Under the pieces are notes generated by a model. That model saw nothing but the letters and a program-made list of their open reading frames with translations. It made no database searches and was not told the origin of the DNA. Shown piece by piece: positions 9,048 through 17,002 of a stretch of 64,000 nt of DNA (position 1 is the first letter of the stretch; the number at the start of each line of letters is the position of its first letter). The translations under genes and the position numbers were made by a program. Source of the stretch: an uncultured Chloroflexia bacterium. Its GTDB lineage: Bacteria; Chloroflexota; Limnocylindria; QHBO01. The stretch covers positions 19,758 to 83,757 of the forward strand of contig CAVZAQ010000013.1 in assembly GCA_963773405.1 (NCBI GenBank), given 5' to 3'.

Positions 9048-9339
9048 ACCCCTGCTGACCCGTCCCGCTCTCGCGGCCGATGTCCGCGTCACCGATGCAC
9101 AGCTCACCGTGACCCTGACCGATGGGCGCGAGATCAGCATCCCGCTGGCCGAGTTCCCCCGGCTGGTGGCCGCCACCCCCGCACAGCGCGCGAACTGGGA
9201 GATCGTCGATCACCGCACGGCCATCACCTGGCCCGACATCGACGAGGAGATCGGCATGGCTGGTCTGCTCGGTGTCTCCGAAACGGCCGTCGAGGAGGCC
9301 GCCGGCTTCACCATCCTCAACCGCGAACCTGCGCGGTAG
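9031..9339 (+). CDS. DUF2442 family protein (second copy)
   Basis: MTSSTRPLLTRPALAADVRVTDAQLTVTLTDGREISIPLAEFPRLVAATPAQRANWEIVDHRTAITWPDIDEEIGMAGLLG: ~50% identical to the protein at 5314..5610. Confidence 0.65.
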   Translation: MTSSTRPLLTRPALAADVRVTDAQLTVTLTDGREISIPLAEFPRLVAATPAQRANWEIVDHRTAITWPDIDEEIGMAGLLGVSETAVEEAAGFTILNREPAR

Positions 9340-9386
9340 CCGACCGTCTGTCACGGCGCCACGCCGGGCCAGGTCACCGGTACGCG

Positions 9387-9941
9387 TTACGAAGCACCGC
9401 TGTGCACGCCGGGGAACACGGCGAGGATCTCTCCGGTCGCGTCGTCGATGACGAGCGTGCCCTGGGTGGACGGAGCGAGGCAGGCGTACGCCGCCGATGA
9501 CGGGTTGGCGCCCACCTCCTGCGAGAAGTTGCTCGACCAGGCATGGACGCGAAGGTTTAGGTAATCCCCCGCGCCCCTCGTGACCCAGACAATGGCATCC
9601 GACGTCTCGTGCGGGATGCATGTGTCCAGGATCCACGCGTCCGACGCGCGCACCGCCCATACCTGCCCGATGTTCGCGGGGATGTGGAGCTCGGGGGCTG
9701 CGATCTGCGGCGTCTGCTGCGCCAGGTAGTCGCGCGACAGCGACACGGCATCGGCGGCGGTCAGCCGAGGCTGAAGGCCAGGCGCCACCGTCGTGGTGTA
9801 CGGCCCGTTCGTCGGCTCGGCACTCGGCCCGATGAGCCCGCACCCAGCGATCAAGAAGCTGAGCGCGCAGACAGCAGTTGCGGCGAGCCGGCGCACATTC
9901 CCTGCGCTGGCGTCCTGGTCGGCGGGCGGCCGTGGATTCAT
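9387..9941 (-). CDS. Hypothetical lipoprotein
   Basis: Lipobox LSFLIAGCGL after a positively charged N-region. Start uncertain (9941 or 9980). Confidence 0.4.
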   Translation of the reverse strand: MNPRPPADQDASAGNVRRLAATAVCALSFLIAGCGLIGPSAEPTNGPYTTTVAPGLQPRLTAADAVSLSRDYLAQQTPQIAAPELHIPANIGQVWAVRASDAWILDTCIPHETSDAIVWVTRGAGDYLNLRVHAWSSNFSQEVGANPSSAAYACLAPSTQGTLVIDDATGEILAVFPGVHSGAS

Positions 9942-9976
9942 ACCGAGGCCCGCGAACGCGTCATGGTTGTGGCGCA

Positions 9977-10411
9977 TCACACCGCTCCAGATGGGCAGAA
10001 CGGGCTCGGTGGGAATGCATCTTCATCCACCTCCGCGATCTTCCCGGCCGCATCGATGACGAACCACCGTGTAACGGGCTGGATGCCGCCGCTGGGCGGT
10101 GGTGCGGACGGATCCACGGCCGGCGGAGTGGGCACCGCGAAGGTCAGGTCGAGCCTGTCGGTGGGCGTGGTAATGCTGACGGTCGACATCCCCCGACTGA
10201 ACCCTCGCGCGTACTCCCTGCACGGAGGAATCCCCTCAGTCCCCGATCGACCGGCATAGGTATCCGACGAATCCCACCGGAACGAGCCGGTCACACTGCC
10301 CACGTTGGCAATTCGGATCAGGCCGTCTGCCGGCGGTGGCCCGCAGCCCGCAACGAGAACAACCACGATGGCCGCAGCAATCCACCCGTGACGCCGACTC
10401 TCGATGCGCAT
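9977..10411 (-). CDS. Hypothetical lipoprotein
   Basis: From MRIESRRHGWIAAAIVVVLVAGCGPPP: signal peptide + lipobox. Confidence 0.4.
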   Translation of the reverse strand: MRIESRRHGWIAAAIVVVLVAGCGPPPADGLIRIANVGSVTGSFRWDSSDTYAGRSGTEGIPPCREYARGFSRGMSTVSITTPTDRLDLTFAVPTPPAVDPSAPPPSGGIQPVTRWFVIDAAGKIAEVDEDAFPPSPFCPSGAV

Positions 10412-10506
10412 TCCCAGACCCCCAGCACATGCGCTTCCCGGCAAATCCTACTTGAACGACGCGCTACCCTACCGTCGAGCCTGCCCAGCAAGGGGGACCA
10501 AAGCCC

Positions 10507-10656
10507 ATGCCGGATACGACGGCCGGACGCGCTGTCGCCTTGCTTGTTGCCGCCCTCGTGCTGGCTGTCGTAGTCATAGTGGTGTCGAACACCGTGGCTA
10601 CCCCGCAGACATACGTCTTCGATACTGCTCCCGAGCAGATCCTGCATTCGCCATGA
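10507..10656 (+). CDS. Small single-TM peptide (49 aa) translationally coupled to the DUF2075 gene
   Basis: ATG at 10507 preceded by AGGGGGA 9 nt upstream. Encodes MPDTTAGRAVALLVAALVLAVVVIVVSNTVATPQTYVFDTAPEQILHSP. Its TGA overlaps the ATG of the next gene (gccATGAag). Below the ORF-track length cutoff. Confidence 0.35.
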   Translation: MPDTTAGRAVALLVAALVLAVVVIVVSNTVATPQTYVFDTAPEQILHSP

Positions 10657-12527
10657 AGCTCTACGCGGGGACGACCGAGCAGTTCCTAAGGGACGCGATG
10701 ACGCACCGCATCGCGGAGAAGCTGGCGGTCGAGTACAAGGCAGAGCTCGGCCACAAGCCCGGCGCGGCCGAGTACAACTCCTGGCAGAACTCCCTGACCA
10801 GTCTGGGCTGGCTCGTCGACCATGCGGGACTCAAGGACCACGGCATCATCCTCGAGTACCAGCTGCCCCTGAGCTCCCTGCGCCTTGACGCCATGCTCAC
10901 CGGCCACCAGAACACCGCCACCGGCCCGCGCAACGCGGTGATCATCGAGCTCAAGCAGTGGACCGATGTCGCCGCCAGCAACGTCCCGGAATGCGTCGAG
11001 ACGTTCGTGGGTCACGCCACGCGACGCGTCCTCCACCCCAGCGTCCAGGTGGGCCGATACCAGCAGTACCTGCTCGACACCCACACGGCGTTCTACGAAG
11101 GCGGCATCGGCCTGGCGGCTGTCAGCTATGTCCACAACATGGACCACGCCACCGGTGAGCTCTTCGCCCCACGGCACGCGGACGCCCTGAAGGCCAATCC
11201 CCTCTTCACCGGCGACCTGGTCGACGACCTGGCGGACTACCTCCTCGAGCGCCTGGACGGGGGCGACGGCAACACCGTCCTGGCCGAGGTCCTCGCCTCC
11301 AAGTACCGCCCGTCCAAGAAGCTCCTCGACCACACCTACCAGATGGTCAAGGGCCAGACCGAGTTCGTGCTCCTGGACGAGCAGCTGGTGGTCTTCAACT
11401 CCGTCCTGGCCGCCGCCCGCGAGAGCTTCTCCGAGACGAAGAAGGGCGTCATGCTCGTCAAGGGCGGACCGGGCACCGGCAAGAGCGTCATCGCCCTCAA
11501 TCTGGTGGGCGAGCTGGCGAAGCAGGGCTTCAACACCCAGCATGCGACGGGATCCAAGGCGTTCACGGAGAACGTCCGTCGCGTCGTTGGCCCGCGAGCC
11601 TCCACCCAGTTCAAGTACTTCAACTCGTACGGGCCGGCGGAGACCAACGACATCGACGTCCTGATCTGCGACGAGGCGCATCGGCTCCGCGAGACAAGCG
11701 CCAGCCGCTACACGCCAAAGGCGAAGAGGACGGACCTGCCGCAGGTGGACGAGCTGATCCGGGCCGCGAAGGTAAGCGTCTTCTTCATCGACGACCTGCA
11801 GGGCGTGCGCCCCAACGAGGTCGGGACCACCGACCTCATCGCGGAAGCGGCCCTGCGCAATGGCGCGGCCATTGACGTCTTCGAGCTGGAGACCCAGTTC
11901 CGCTGCGCCGGCTCGGAGGCGTTCGTCAGCTGGGTCGACAACACCCTTGGCCTGGCGGAGACCGCCAACCCGGTCTGGGAGGGCAACGAGAACTTCGACT
12001 TCCGCATCGTCGACTCCGTGGAGCAGCTGGACGCGCTGATCCGCACCCGGGCCGCCGAGGGCCATTCCGCGCGCCTGACCGCCGGCTTCTGCTGGCGCTG
12101 GAGCAACCCAGAGCCCGATGGCACCCTCGTCAACGACGTGAAGATCGGCTCCTGGGAGATGCCGTGGAATGCCCGGCCCGATGCCGGCCGCCTCGCCCCC
12201 GACGTTCCCCCGTCCATCTACTGGGCATCGAATCCCAACGGGATCAACCAAGTGGGATGCATCTACACGGCCCAAGGATTCGAGTTCGACTACGTCGGAG
12301 TGATCGTTGGTCCAGACCTGCGGTGGGACGGGACTGCCGAGTGGGTCGGCGATCAAAGCGAGTCCCGGGATCCAGGTCTGCGCGGCAGCGGAGAGCGCCT
12401 TACCCATCTGATCCAGAGCGCCTACAGGGTCTTGCTAACCCGAGGGATGAAAGGCTGCTACGTCTACGTCATTGACGACGAGACGCACCGCCATCTGGAA
12501 TCAAGAGTGTCGGGCGGCCGGACATAG
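10653..12527 (+). CDS. DUF2075 family Schlafen-like P-loop ATPase/helicase-like protein
   Basis: Starts at internal Met MKLYAGTTEQFLRDAM... of ORF 10404..12527. N-terminal nuclease-like/Schlafen-like region (IIELKQW), Walker A (LVKGGPGTGKSVIALNL), Walker B (VLICDEAH), and C-terminal CIYTAQGFEFDYVGVIVG...RVLLTRGMKGCYVY typical of DUF2075 (PF09848). Confidence 0.75.
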   Translation: MKLYAGTTEQFLRDAMTHRIAEKLAVEYKAELGHKPGAAEYNSWQNSLTSLGWLVDHAGLKDHGIILEYQLPLSSLRLDAMLTGHQNTATGPRNAVIIELKQWTDVAASNVPECVETFVGHATRRVLHPSVQVGRYQQYLLDTHTAFYEGGIGLAAVSYVHNMDHATGELFAPRHADALKANPLFTGDLVDDLADYLLERLDGGDGNTVLAEVLASKYRPSKKLLDHTYQMVKGQTEFVLLDEQLVVFNSVLAAARESFSETKKGVMLVKGGPGTGKSVIALNLVGELAKQGFNTQHATGSKAFTENVRRVVGPRASTQFKYFNSYGPAETNDIDVLICDEAHRLRETSASRYTPKAKRTDLPQVDELIRAAKVSVFFIDDLQGVRPNEVGTTDLIAEAALRNGAAIDVFELETQFRCAGSEAFVSWVDNTLGLAETANPVWEGNENFDFRIVDSVEQLDALIRTRAAEGHSARLTAGFCWRWSNPEPDGTLVNDVKIGSWEMPWNARPDAGRLAPDVPPSIYWASNPNGINQVGCIYTAQGFEFDYVGVIVGPDLRWDGTAEWVGDQSESRDPGLRGSGERLTHLIQSAYRVLLTRGMKGCYVYVIDDETHRHLESRVSGGRT

Positions 12528-12540
12528 AGGGAGGAGCACA

Positions 12541-13176
12541 GTGACGACACAGGCTGGCTACTGTCCGAATTGCGGCAAGCAGCGCGAGGGGGCGATGCGT
12601 TTCTGCTCGTCCTGCGGCCATGACTTCTGGGCTGCGGCCGCCGGCGCTGCGTCGGCGCCGATGGCCACTTCGACGGCACCACCTCCGGCACCGGTTGGAG
12701 CTCCTCCGCAAGCGAGCGAGGCTTCCGGCGTACCGCTTCCCACGATCCTCGTCCTCGGTGGCGGCGTCCTGCTCGTCGTGGGTTCGTTTCTCCCGTGGGC
12801 AACTGCGTCGACCGTGTTTGGCTCCCTCTCCCGGAGCGGCGTAGATGGCGGCGACGGATGGATCACGACCATCATCGGCGCGCTCATCCTGCTCTTCGGC
12901 GCAATGACGCTGAGACAGGCGAGCCGCGGCCTGAACCTGCTTATCGCCGTCGGCGCTGCGATCGCATTCCTGATCTTCGTCTTCGACCTCGTCGACGTAA
13001 ACAACCGGATCGCCAGCATCGAGGCCGAAGGGCAGGGCCTGGCGCTCGGCACGGTGGGCTTCGGGCTCTGGCTCGTCGGCCTCGGCGCAATCGTCGCGTT
13101 CTTCGCGAGCTTCTTCCGGCGCAGGTGGCACCAGCAGCCAGCGACACGCAATGTCGGAACCACCGAAGTTCGATGA
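12541..13176 (+). CDS. Zinc-ribbon domain membrane protein (4 predicted TM helices)
   Basis: GTG start with GGAGGAG RBS. CPNCGKQ...CSSCGH zinc ribbon, Ala/Pro-rich linker, then 4 hydrophobic helices. Begins 14 nt after the DUF2075 stop. Confidence 0.6.
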   Translation: MTTQAGYCPNCGKQREGAMRFCSSCGHDFWAAAAGAASAPMATSTAPPPAPVGAPPQASEASGVPLPTILVLGGGVLLVVGSFLPWATASTVFGSLSRSGVDGGDGWITTIIGALILLFGAMTLRQASRGLNLLIAVGAAIAFLIFVFDLVDVNNRIASIEAEGQGLALGTVGFGLWLVGLGAIVAFFASFFRRRWHQQPATRNVGTTEVR

Positions 13177-13179
13177 AGG

Positions 13180-13692
13180 GTGCCGGCTGGCGGTGGCATC
13201 CCGCCCGAGCGCCACTGGGCCAGTGATCCCGCGGGCATCAACCAGGCGGGTTGCATCTACACCGCCCAGGGCTTCGAGCTCGATTACCTGGGCGTCATCA
13301 TCGGCCGCGACCTGCGCTGGGATCCGTCATCCGAGGAGTGGATCGGCGATCCTTCCGAGTCCTTCGACTCGATCGTCAAGCGCTCCGGCGACCGGTTCAC
13401 CGACCTCGTCAAGCGCACCTACCGCGTCCTCCTCACCCGCGGCATGAAGGGCTGCTACGTGTACGGGGCGGACCCGGGGACGCGGGAACACATCACCTTG
13501 CGGACGACTGGCGGAACGGACGCCGATGAGGCTCCGGGAGAGTCAGACCCTGTGTACGAAATCCCAAGCTGCGATCGGGTCGGGGGATGCACCGAGTGGT
13601 GGGCGTCTATGAGAGCGACGCCTGATCAGGAGACCTACCGGGACAGGTGCCTCAGCGGATGGTCAGCGGGTCGGTTCCAGCGTTCTTGTTGA
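13180..13692 (+). pseudogene. C-terminal fragment (~105 aa) of a second DUF2075 gene (gene remnant)
   Basis: ERHWASDPAGINQAGCIYTAQGFELDYLGVIIGRDLRWDPSSEEWIGDP...RVLLTRGMKGCYVYGADP aligns at ~65% identity to residues ~590-700 of the full DUF2075 protein, but lacks the N-terminal 80% of the gene. Its third-position GC is higher than in the full-length copy. Confidence 0.55.
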
Positions 13693-13921
13693 GGTAGCGC
13701 ATCCGCACTCGGGCGGCTTGGATCACGCCACGCAGCAGCGAGCCGGCGACGACGACCCCCACAGCCAGCGTCGCGATCCCCCTCACCCAGTCAATCGCCA
13801 GCCAAGTGTTCAGCACGGCGGCAACGAACAGGCCGGCGACCAAGCTCACCAAAACGCCGAGGGCCGCGCCCAGAATGACGGGGACGGGTCCTGGCCCACC
13901 AGATCGATCTTCTCGGGTCAT
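13652..13921 (-). CDS. Small hypothetical membrane protein
   Basis: 89-aa ORF with two hydrophobic segments; no family recognised; could be spurious. Confidence 0.25.
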   Translation of the reverse strand: MTREDRSGGPGPVPVILGAALGVLVSLVAGLFVAAVLNTWLAIDWVRGIATLAVGVVVAGSLLRGVIQAARVRMRYLNKNAGTDPLTIR

Positions 13922-14039
13922 GATTGTCTCCTGATCGAGCGCCCGCCCTCGTTGGTGCGGAGCAGAGACGGCCTCCAGTCACCGGAGCCTGTACGGCCCC
14001 GATTGGCCTGTCAAGGGCCGAAGGACGCCATCAACGTGT

Positions 14040-14930
14040 GCCGCTGCTCCTGCGGCGCTGGAGGCCAGTACGTTCGCTCTACAGCCGCCCGAGCATGTAG
14101 CCGAACGAGGCCACCTCGAGCCACGCTTTCGCGCTCGTCGCGGTTCCCTCGAAACAACGGGACAGGCGCCGCCAGCGTCCGAGCTCGGCGAAGGCTCGCT
14201 CGACGCGCCAGAGCGGCGCGATCGGGGTGAAGTTGCCCTTGCCCTTGCGGGCCGGCGGTCTGGGAATGCCAGGCTGGGTCTTGGGCGGGACCTTGATGTC
14301 GAGCGCCAGATGGCGATGGTCGGCCAGGTTCCGCAGCCCGCGGTAGCCGCGATCGGCGACGATCGCCTGAACGCGCGGGAGGTCGTTGAGGTTGGCGCGA
14401 AGGAGGTCGCGGCCGGCCGACACGTCGTGTGGTCGCGCCGAATCGACTCTCGCCGCGATCGGCAGGCCGAGGATCTCGACCAGGATGCTGCGCTTGGCGC
14501 CGATCGTGCGCCCGCCGCGCCCGCCGTTGTCGTGGAACGTCGGTCCGGCGCGTCCACCCTTCACCGTCTGGGCGTCGATCATCACCATCGACGGGACGGC
14601 ATCGCGGTTGTGCGCAACGCGGATCCGGCGCGCCAGGCGGGTCGTCGCCAAGGCCCAGACGCCATTGGCTCGCCATCGCCGCCATTGCTGCCAGGCGGCA
14701 CCCCACGGGCCGTATCGCTCCGGCAGGTAGCGCCACTGGCAGCCCGTCCTGGCCAGGAAGAGCATCGCCTCGACCATCTGGCGTCGGGGAACTTGGGCTG
14801 GCGCGCCTCGTCGGCCAAACGGATCGAACAGGTCAGCGACGAGCGCCCATTGCGGATCGGTCAGCTCGTAGATCGCGGCCATCGGAAGCAGCCTGGCATC
14901 ACGGCGCGACAGGTTCTATGGCACGAAAGA
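14040..14930. mobile_element. IS5-family insertion sequence (boundaries approximate; inverted repeats not resolved)
   Basis: Contains a single intact DDE transposase gene; element ends could not be defined by eye. Confidence 0.45.
14079..14882 (-). CDS. IS5-family (DDE_Tnp_1 with N-terminal DUF4096-like) transposase
   Basis: MAAIYELTDPQWALVADLF...GCQWRYLPERYGPW...MIDAQTVKGGRAG...VADRGY...: canonical IS5/IS4-group transposase motifs. Confidence 0.8.
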   Translation of the reverse strand: MAAIYELTDPQWALVADLFDPFGRRGAPAQVPRRQMVEAMLFLARTGCQWRYLPERYGPWGAAWQQWRRWRANGVWALATTRLARRIRVAHNRDAVPSMVMIDAQTVKGGRAGPTFHDNGGRGGRTIGAKRSILVEILGLPIAARVDSARPHDVSAGRDLLRANLNDLPRVQAIVADRGYRGLRNLADHRHLALDIKVPPKTQPGIPRPPARKGKGNFTPIAPLWRVERAFAELGRWRRLSRCFEGTATSAKAWLEVASFGYMLGRL

Positions 14931-15013
14931 CCCGGTCTGATCGGGAACTTTCATACACAGGGTCTCAGATCCCGCGGATGCTCTTCCTAATTCTCCGCTC
15001 GGCTGCGAAGCAG

Positions 15014-15328
15014 TTAACGACCGCTTTCGCTCCTAATCAGCGCCCCGGCCTTCGCCGAAGCGGGGGCCACGGTAGGCTTCTTAGCCTTCTTGCGCTCTGC
15101 ATAGATGTTCTGCGAAACCGTCGCGGCGGTTGTCTGCAGCAACGCGGCGATCTCTTGGTTGGTGAACCCAATCAGCGCCAGCCTTAGACACTTGGCCGCC
15201 TGCGTCGTCCCTTCAGGCATTCCGTCCAACATCCCGAACGCGGCAATCTTGTCCTGCATGGTTGCTCCGCCGCGCCGCGGAGTCACTTCTTCGAGTTCGT
15301 CCTGTCCGTTCCGCTCTCGGTTCGGCAT
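15014..15328 (-). CDS. Small GerE/LuxR-type (sigma-70 region-4-like) HTH protein, paralog A
   Basis: AAKCLRLALIGFTNQEIAALLQTTAATVSQNIY matches the GerE-type HTH consensus. AGGAG RBS 9 nt upstream of the ATG; starts 16 nt after the TIR-like gene stop. Confidence 0.55.
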   Translation of the reverse strand: MPNRERNGQDELEEVTPRRGGATMQDKIAAFGMLDGMPEGTTQAAKCLRLALIGFTNQEIAALLQTTAATVSQNIYAERKKAKKPTVAPASAKAGALIRSESGR

Positions 15329-15343
15329 CAGTCGCGCTCCTAC

Positions 15344-16183
15344 CTAGAGGTTGAAATCGCCAAGAGTCAGCCAATCCGTTCCGTCGGTGTCAACGGCGCA
15401 CCCGGCATTCGACAGCTTGGTCGCCAGCTCGCGGCGGCTTGCGGCGAGATTCGTGAGACGCGTGATGTGCTTCCCGCCGACATCGGAAAAGGGCTTAACA
15501 GCTCCGATCTGCACTAGGACAGTCGAATCCGCGTTACGGCCCACGGCCATGCCTGCTTCGAAGAGCACATTGGGTCGTGCTTGGCGAACCGTCGCGTGTT
15601 CATAAGCCTCATCGCTCGGCTTCCAGAATTCTCTTGCAAGGACAACATCGTCGTCTGGCGTGAGAAGCACAACGACAGCGGCAGCTTCACGAAACGCGGC
15701 GGTAAGCACGTCGTCCAAGGACGGGGTGCCTTTGCCGGTTGCCGCCAGAAGCTTGTTCCACTCCAGTGGTTCGAGGCCGAGTGTTCGCAGGAAGATCGCA
15801 AGTTCGTCGCGCATCTTCGTGTTGCGGCCATGCACGATGAAGACTTTCTTGCCTTTGGTCGTCCGAGGCCCGACTGTCTTCGCCGCTTTCGAGGCTTTGC
15901 GTCTCCGCGGCACCGTTAGCGATTGCGCTTCTGCTCGCTGCGGCGATGTCCCAGTGGAGGAGCGCCCTGCGCCTTGGCGCACGGCCCGCAACTGCGCAAG
16001 GTCATCTTCGCTGTTGACATGGTTGCGAATGCTGATTCCGCTTTCGGCAGCAAGGGCGAGGAGAGCGAGCCGGCGGGGCAGAAGGGTGTCGAGCTCCTTC
16101 TCGCGAATCAGCCGCTGCAGCTGGCGCTCGCTGATATCACGCTTCGTCTGGACTTGCGCACGAAGCGCCTTCTCGTCTGCCAC
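15344..16183 (-). CDS. TIR-like nucleotide-binding domain protein (COG4271 / Cap12-PycTIR-type) with uncharacterised N-terminal region
   Basis: GTG start. C-terminal ~150 aa: KKVFIVHGRNTKMRDELAIFLRTLGLEPLEWNK...AAVVVLLTPDD...RQARPNVLFEAGMAVG, matching the FIVHG...LGLEP...LFE(A/L)G pattern of TIR-like effector domains, including the putative catalytic Glu. N-terminal ~110 aa is helical/charged with a low-complexity linker. Confidence 0.6.
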   Translation of the reverse strand: MADEKALRAQVQTKRDISERQLQRLIREKELDTLLPRRLALLALAAESGISIRNHVNSEDDLAQLRAVRQGAGRSSTGTSPQRAEAQSLTVPRRRKASKAAKTVGPRTTKGKKVFIVHGRNTKMRDELAIFLRTLGLEPLEWNKLLAATGKGTPSLDDVLTAAFREAAAVVVLLTPDDDVVLAREFWKPSDEAYEHATVRQARPNVLFEAGMAVGRNADSTVLVQIGAVKPFSDVGGKHITRLTNLAASRRELATKLSNAGCAVDTDGTDWLTLGDFNL

Positions 16184-16195
16184 CGTTGGCTAGCC

Positions 16196-16414
16196 TCACC
16201 CCTCGGGGCCGGCTCGCTTCGCCGCCTGCGACAGGAATCCGCGAACGGAGCCCTCCGAGGATCCCGTTAGCGCTGAGATCTCCTTGTTTGAGAATCCGGC
16301 GCTGTGCAACAACTTCGCCGCGTCACCCTTCGAAAAGTCCTTGATAGCCGACAGTGCCAGAACGTTCGCGACCTTCCTCAACTGAACGGCGACATCCGCT
16401 TCGTCGGCGGCCAT
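16196..16414 (-). CDS. Small GerE/LuxR-type HTH protein, paralog B
   Basis: Starts at internal Met MAADEADVAVQL... with AAGGAG RBS 8 nt upstream. DAAKLLHSAGFSNKEISALTGSSEGSVRGFL HTH. Confidence 0.55.
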   Translation of the reverse strand: MAADEADVAVQLRKVANVLALSAIKDFSKGDAAKLLHSAGFSNKEISALTGSSEGSVRGFLSQAAKRAGPEG

Positions 16415-16416
16415 CG

Positions 16417-16683
16417 CTACTTCTCCTTCCCGTTTGCGGGAGACGCCTTTTGGGCGGACGCCTTGACGATGTGGCGCAACGAATCGTCCGTGGTCCCAAG
16501 AAGGGCGGCAGCGTCTGCACGGGTAAGCCCCAGATTGTTCATCAGGAAGCGCGCCTGCTCGGCGAGTCCCTTCTCCCGCAATCCCGCGTGGTGCAGACAC
16601 AGGAACGCTTGGGACTTGGCCGCTACAAGGGACCAGTCAGTGACGGTAAGAGGATCGCGGGGCACTTCGCGTTCTCCAGGCAC
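16417..16683 (-). CDS. Small GerE/LuxR-type HTH protein, paralog C
   Basis: FLMNNLGLTRADAAALLGTTDDSLRHIV HTH. Its stop is 2 nt upstream of the paralog B start. Confidence 0.5.
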   Translation of the reverse strand: MPGEREVPRDPLTVTDWSLVAAKSQAFLCLHHAGLREKGLAEQARFLMNNLGLTRADAAALLGTTDDSLRHIVKASAQKASPANGKEK

Positions 16684-16743
16684 GGGATTTGGCCGGACAC
16701 AAATGCTATCAAATGCTTGTGCCTCTAGGCGGCACTATTCCCT

Positions 16744-16762
16744 TTGACTCAAGTCAATTGAC
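16744..16762. promoter_or_regulatory. AT-rich promoter/operator candidate containing perfect palindrome GTCAATTGAC and TTGAC/GTCAA inverted repeats, upstream of the HTH-HTH-TIR-HTH operon
   Basis: ttgactcaaGTCAATTGACtgtctcaag lies in a locally AT-rich gap 60-90 nt upstream of the first operon gene. TTGACT -35-like hexamers occur on both strands. Confidence 0.35.
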
Positions 16763-17002
16763 TGTCTCAAGGGACGCCTCCCCCGCCTCCGCCCAGGGCG
16801 TGGGGCGGGTGCCAGATCGGTCCTAATCGCTGCGCCAGTAACGCCGAAGGTCCGATGCGCCAGGCCACGGGCGCGCGCCCTGTTCAGCTCGAGTTCTGCC
16901 AGATCGACTGCAGCACCACCACGCCACAATCCAAGATCAGCACCCCGCCCACTTGACGAGCGCCACAGCTTGGATAAACTGGCTACTGTGAGCGCGCACG
17001 TT

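Noticed and set aside
10686-12407. 573-aa ORF on the strand opposite the DUF2075 gene; similarly long antisense/overlapping ORFs at 1212..2897(+), 5486..7990(-), 8057..9043(-), 12469..13215(-), 18562..19542(-), 34406..36313(-), 36310..38142(-), 38375..40135(-), 46613..47983(-), 48011..49852(-), 52894..55056(+)
   Set aside because: These are typical spurious open frames of a ~70% GC genome. Their products are Arg/Ala/Gly/Pro-rich low-complexity sequences with no family resemblance, and they overlap well-supported genes on the other strand or in another frame.
14040-14930. Precise IS boundaries and inverted repeats
   Set aside because: Candidate end sequences (ggaggccagtacgttcgctc / gaccgggtctttcgtgcc) match only ~10/17. 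That is too weak to call, so only approximate element limits are given.
15344-16183. Canonical Pycsar or CBASS system around the TIR-like gene
   Set aside because: No pyrimidine/oligonucleotide cyclase (PycC / CD-NTase) or Cap2/Cap3 genes are adjacent; the flanking genes are small HTH proteins. The TIR-like gene is therefore not part of a recognisable Pycsar/CBASS/Thoeris operon.
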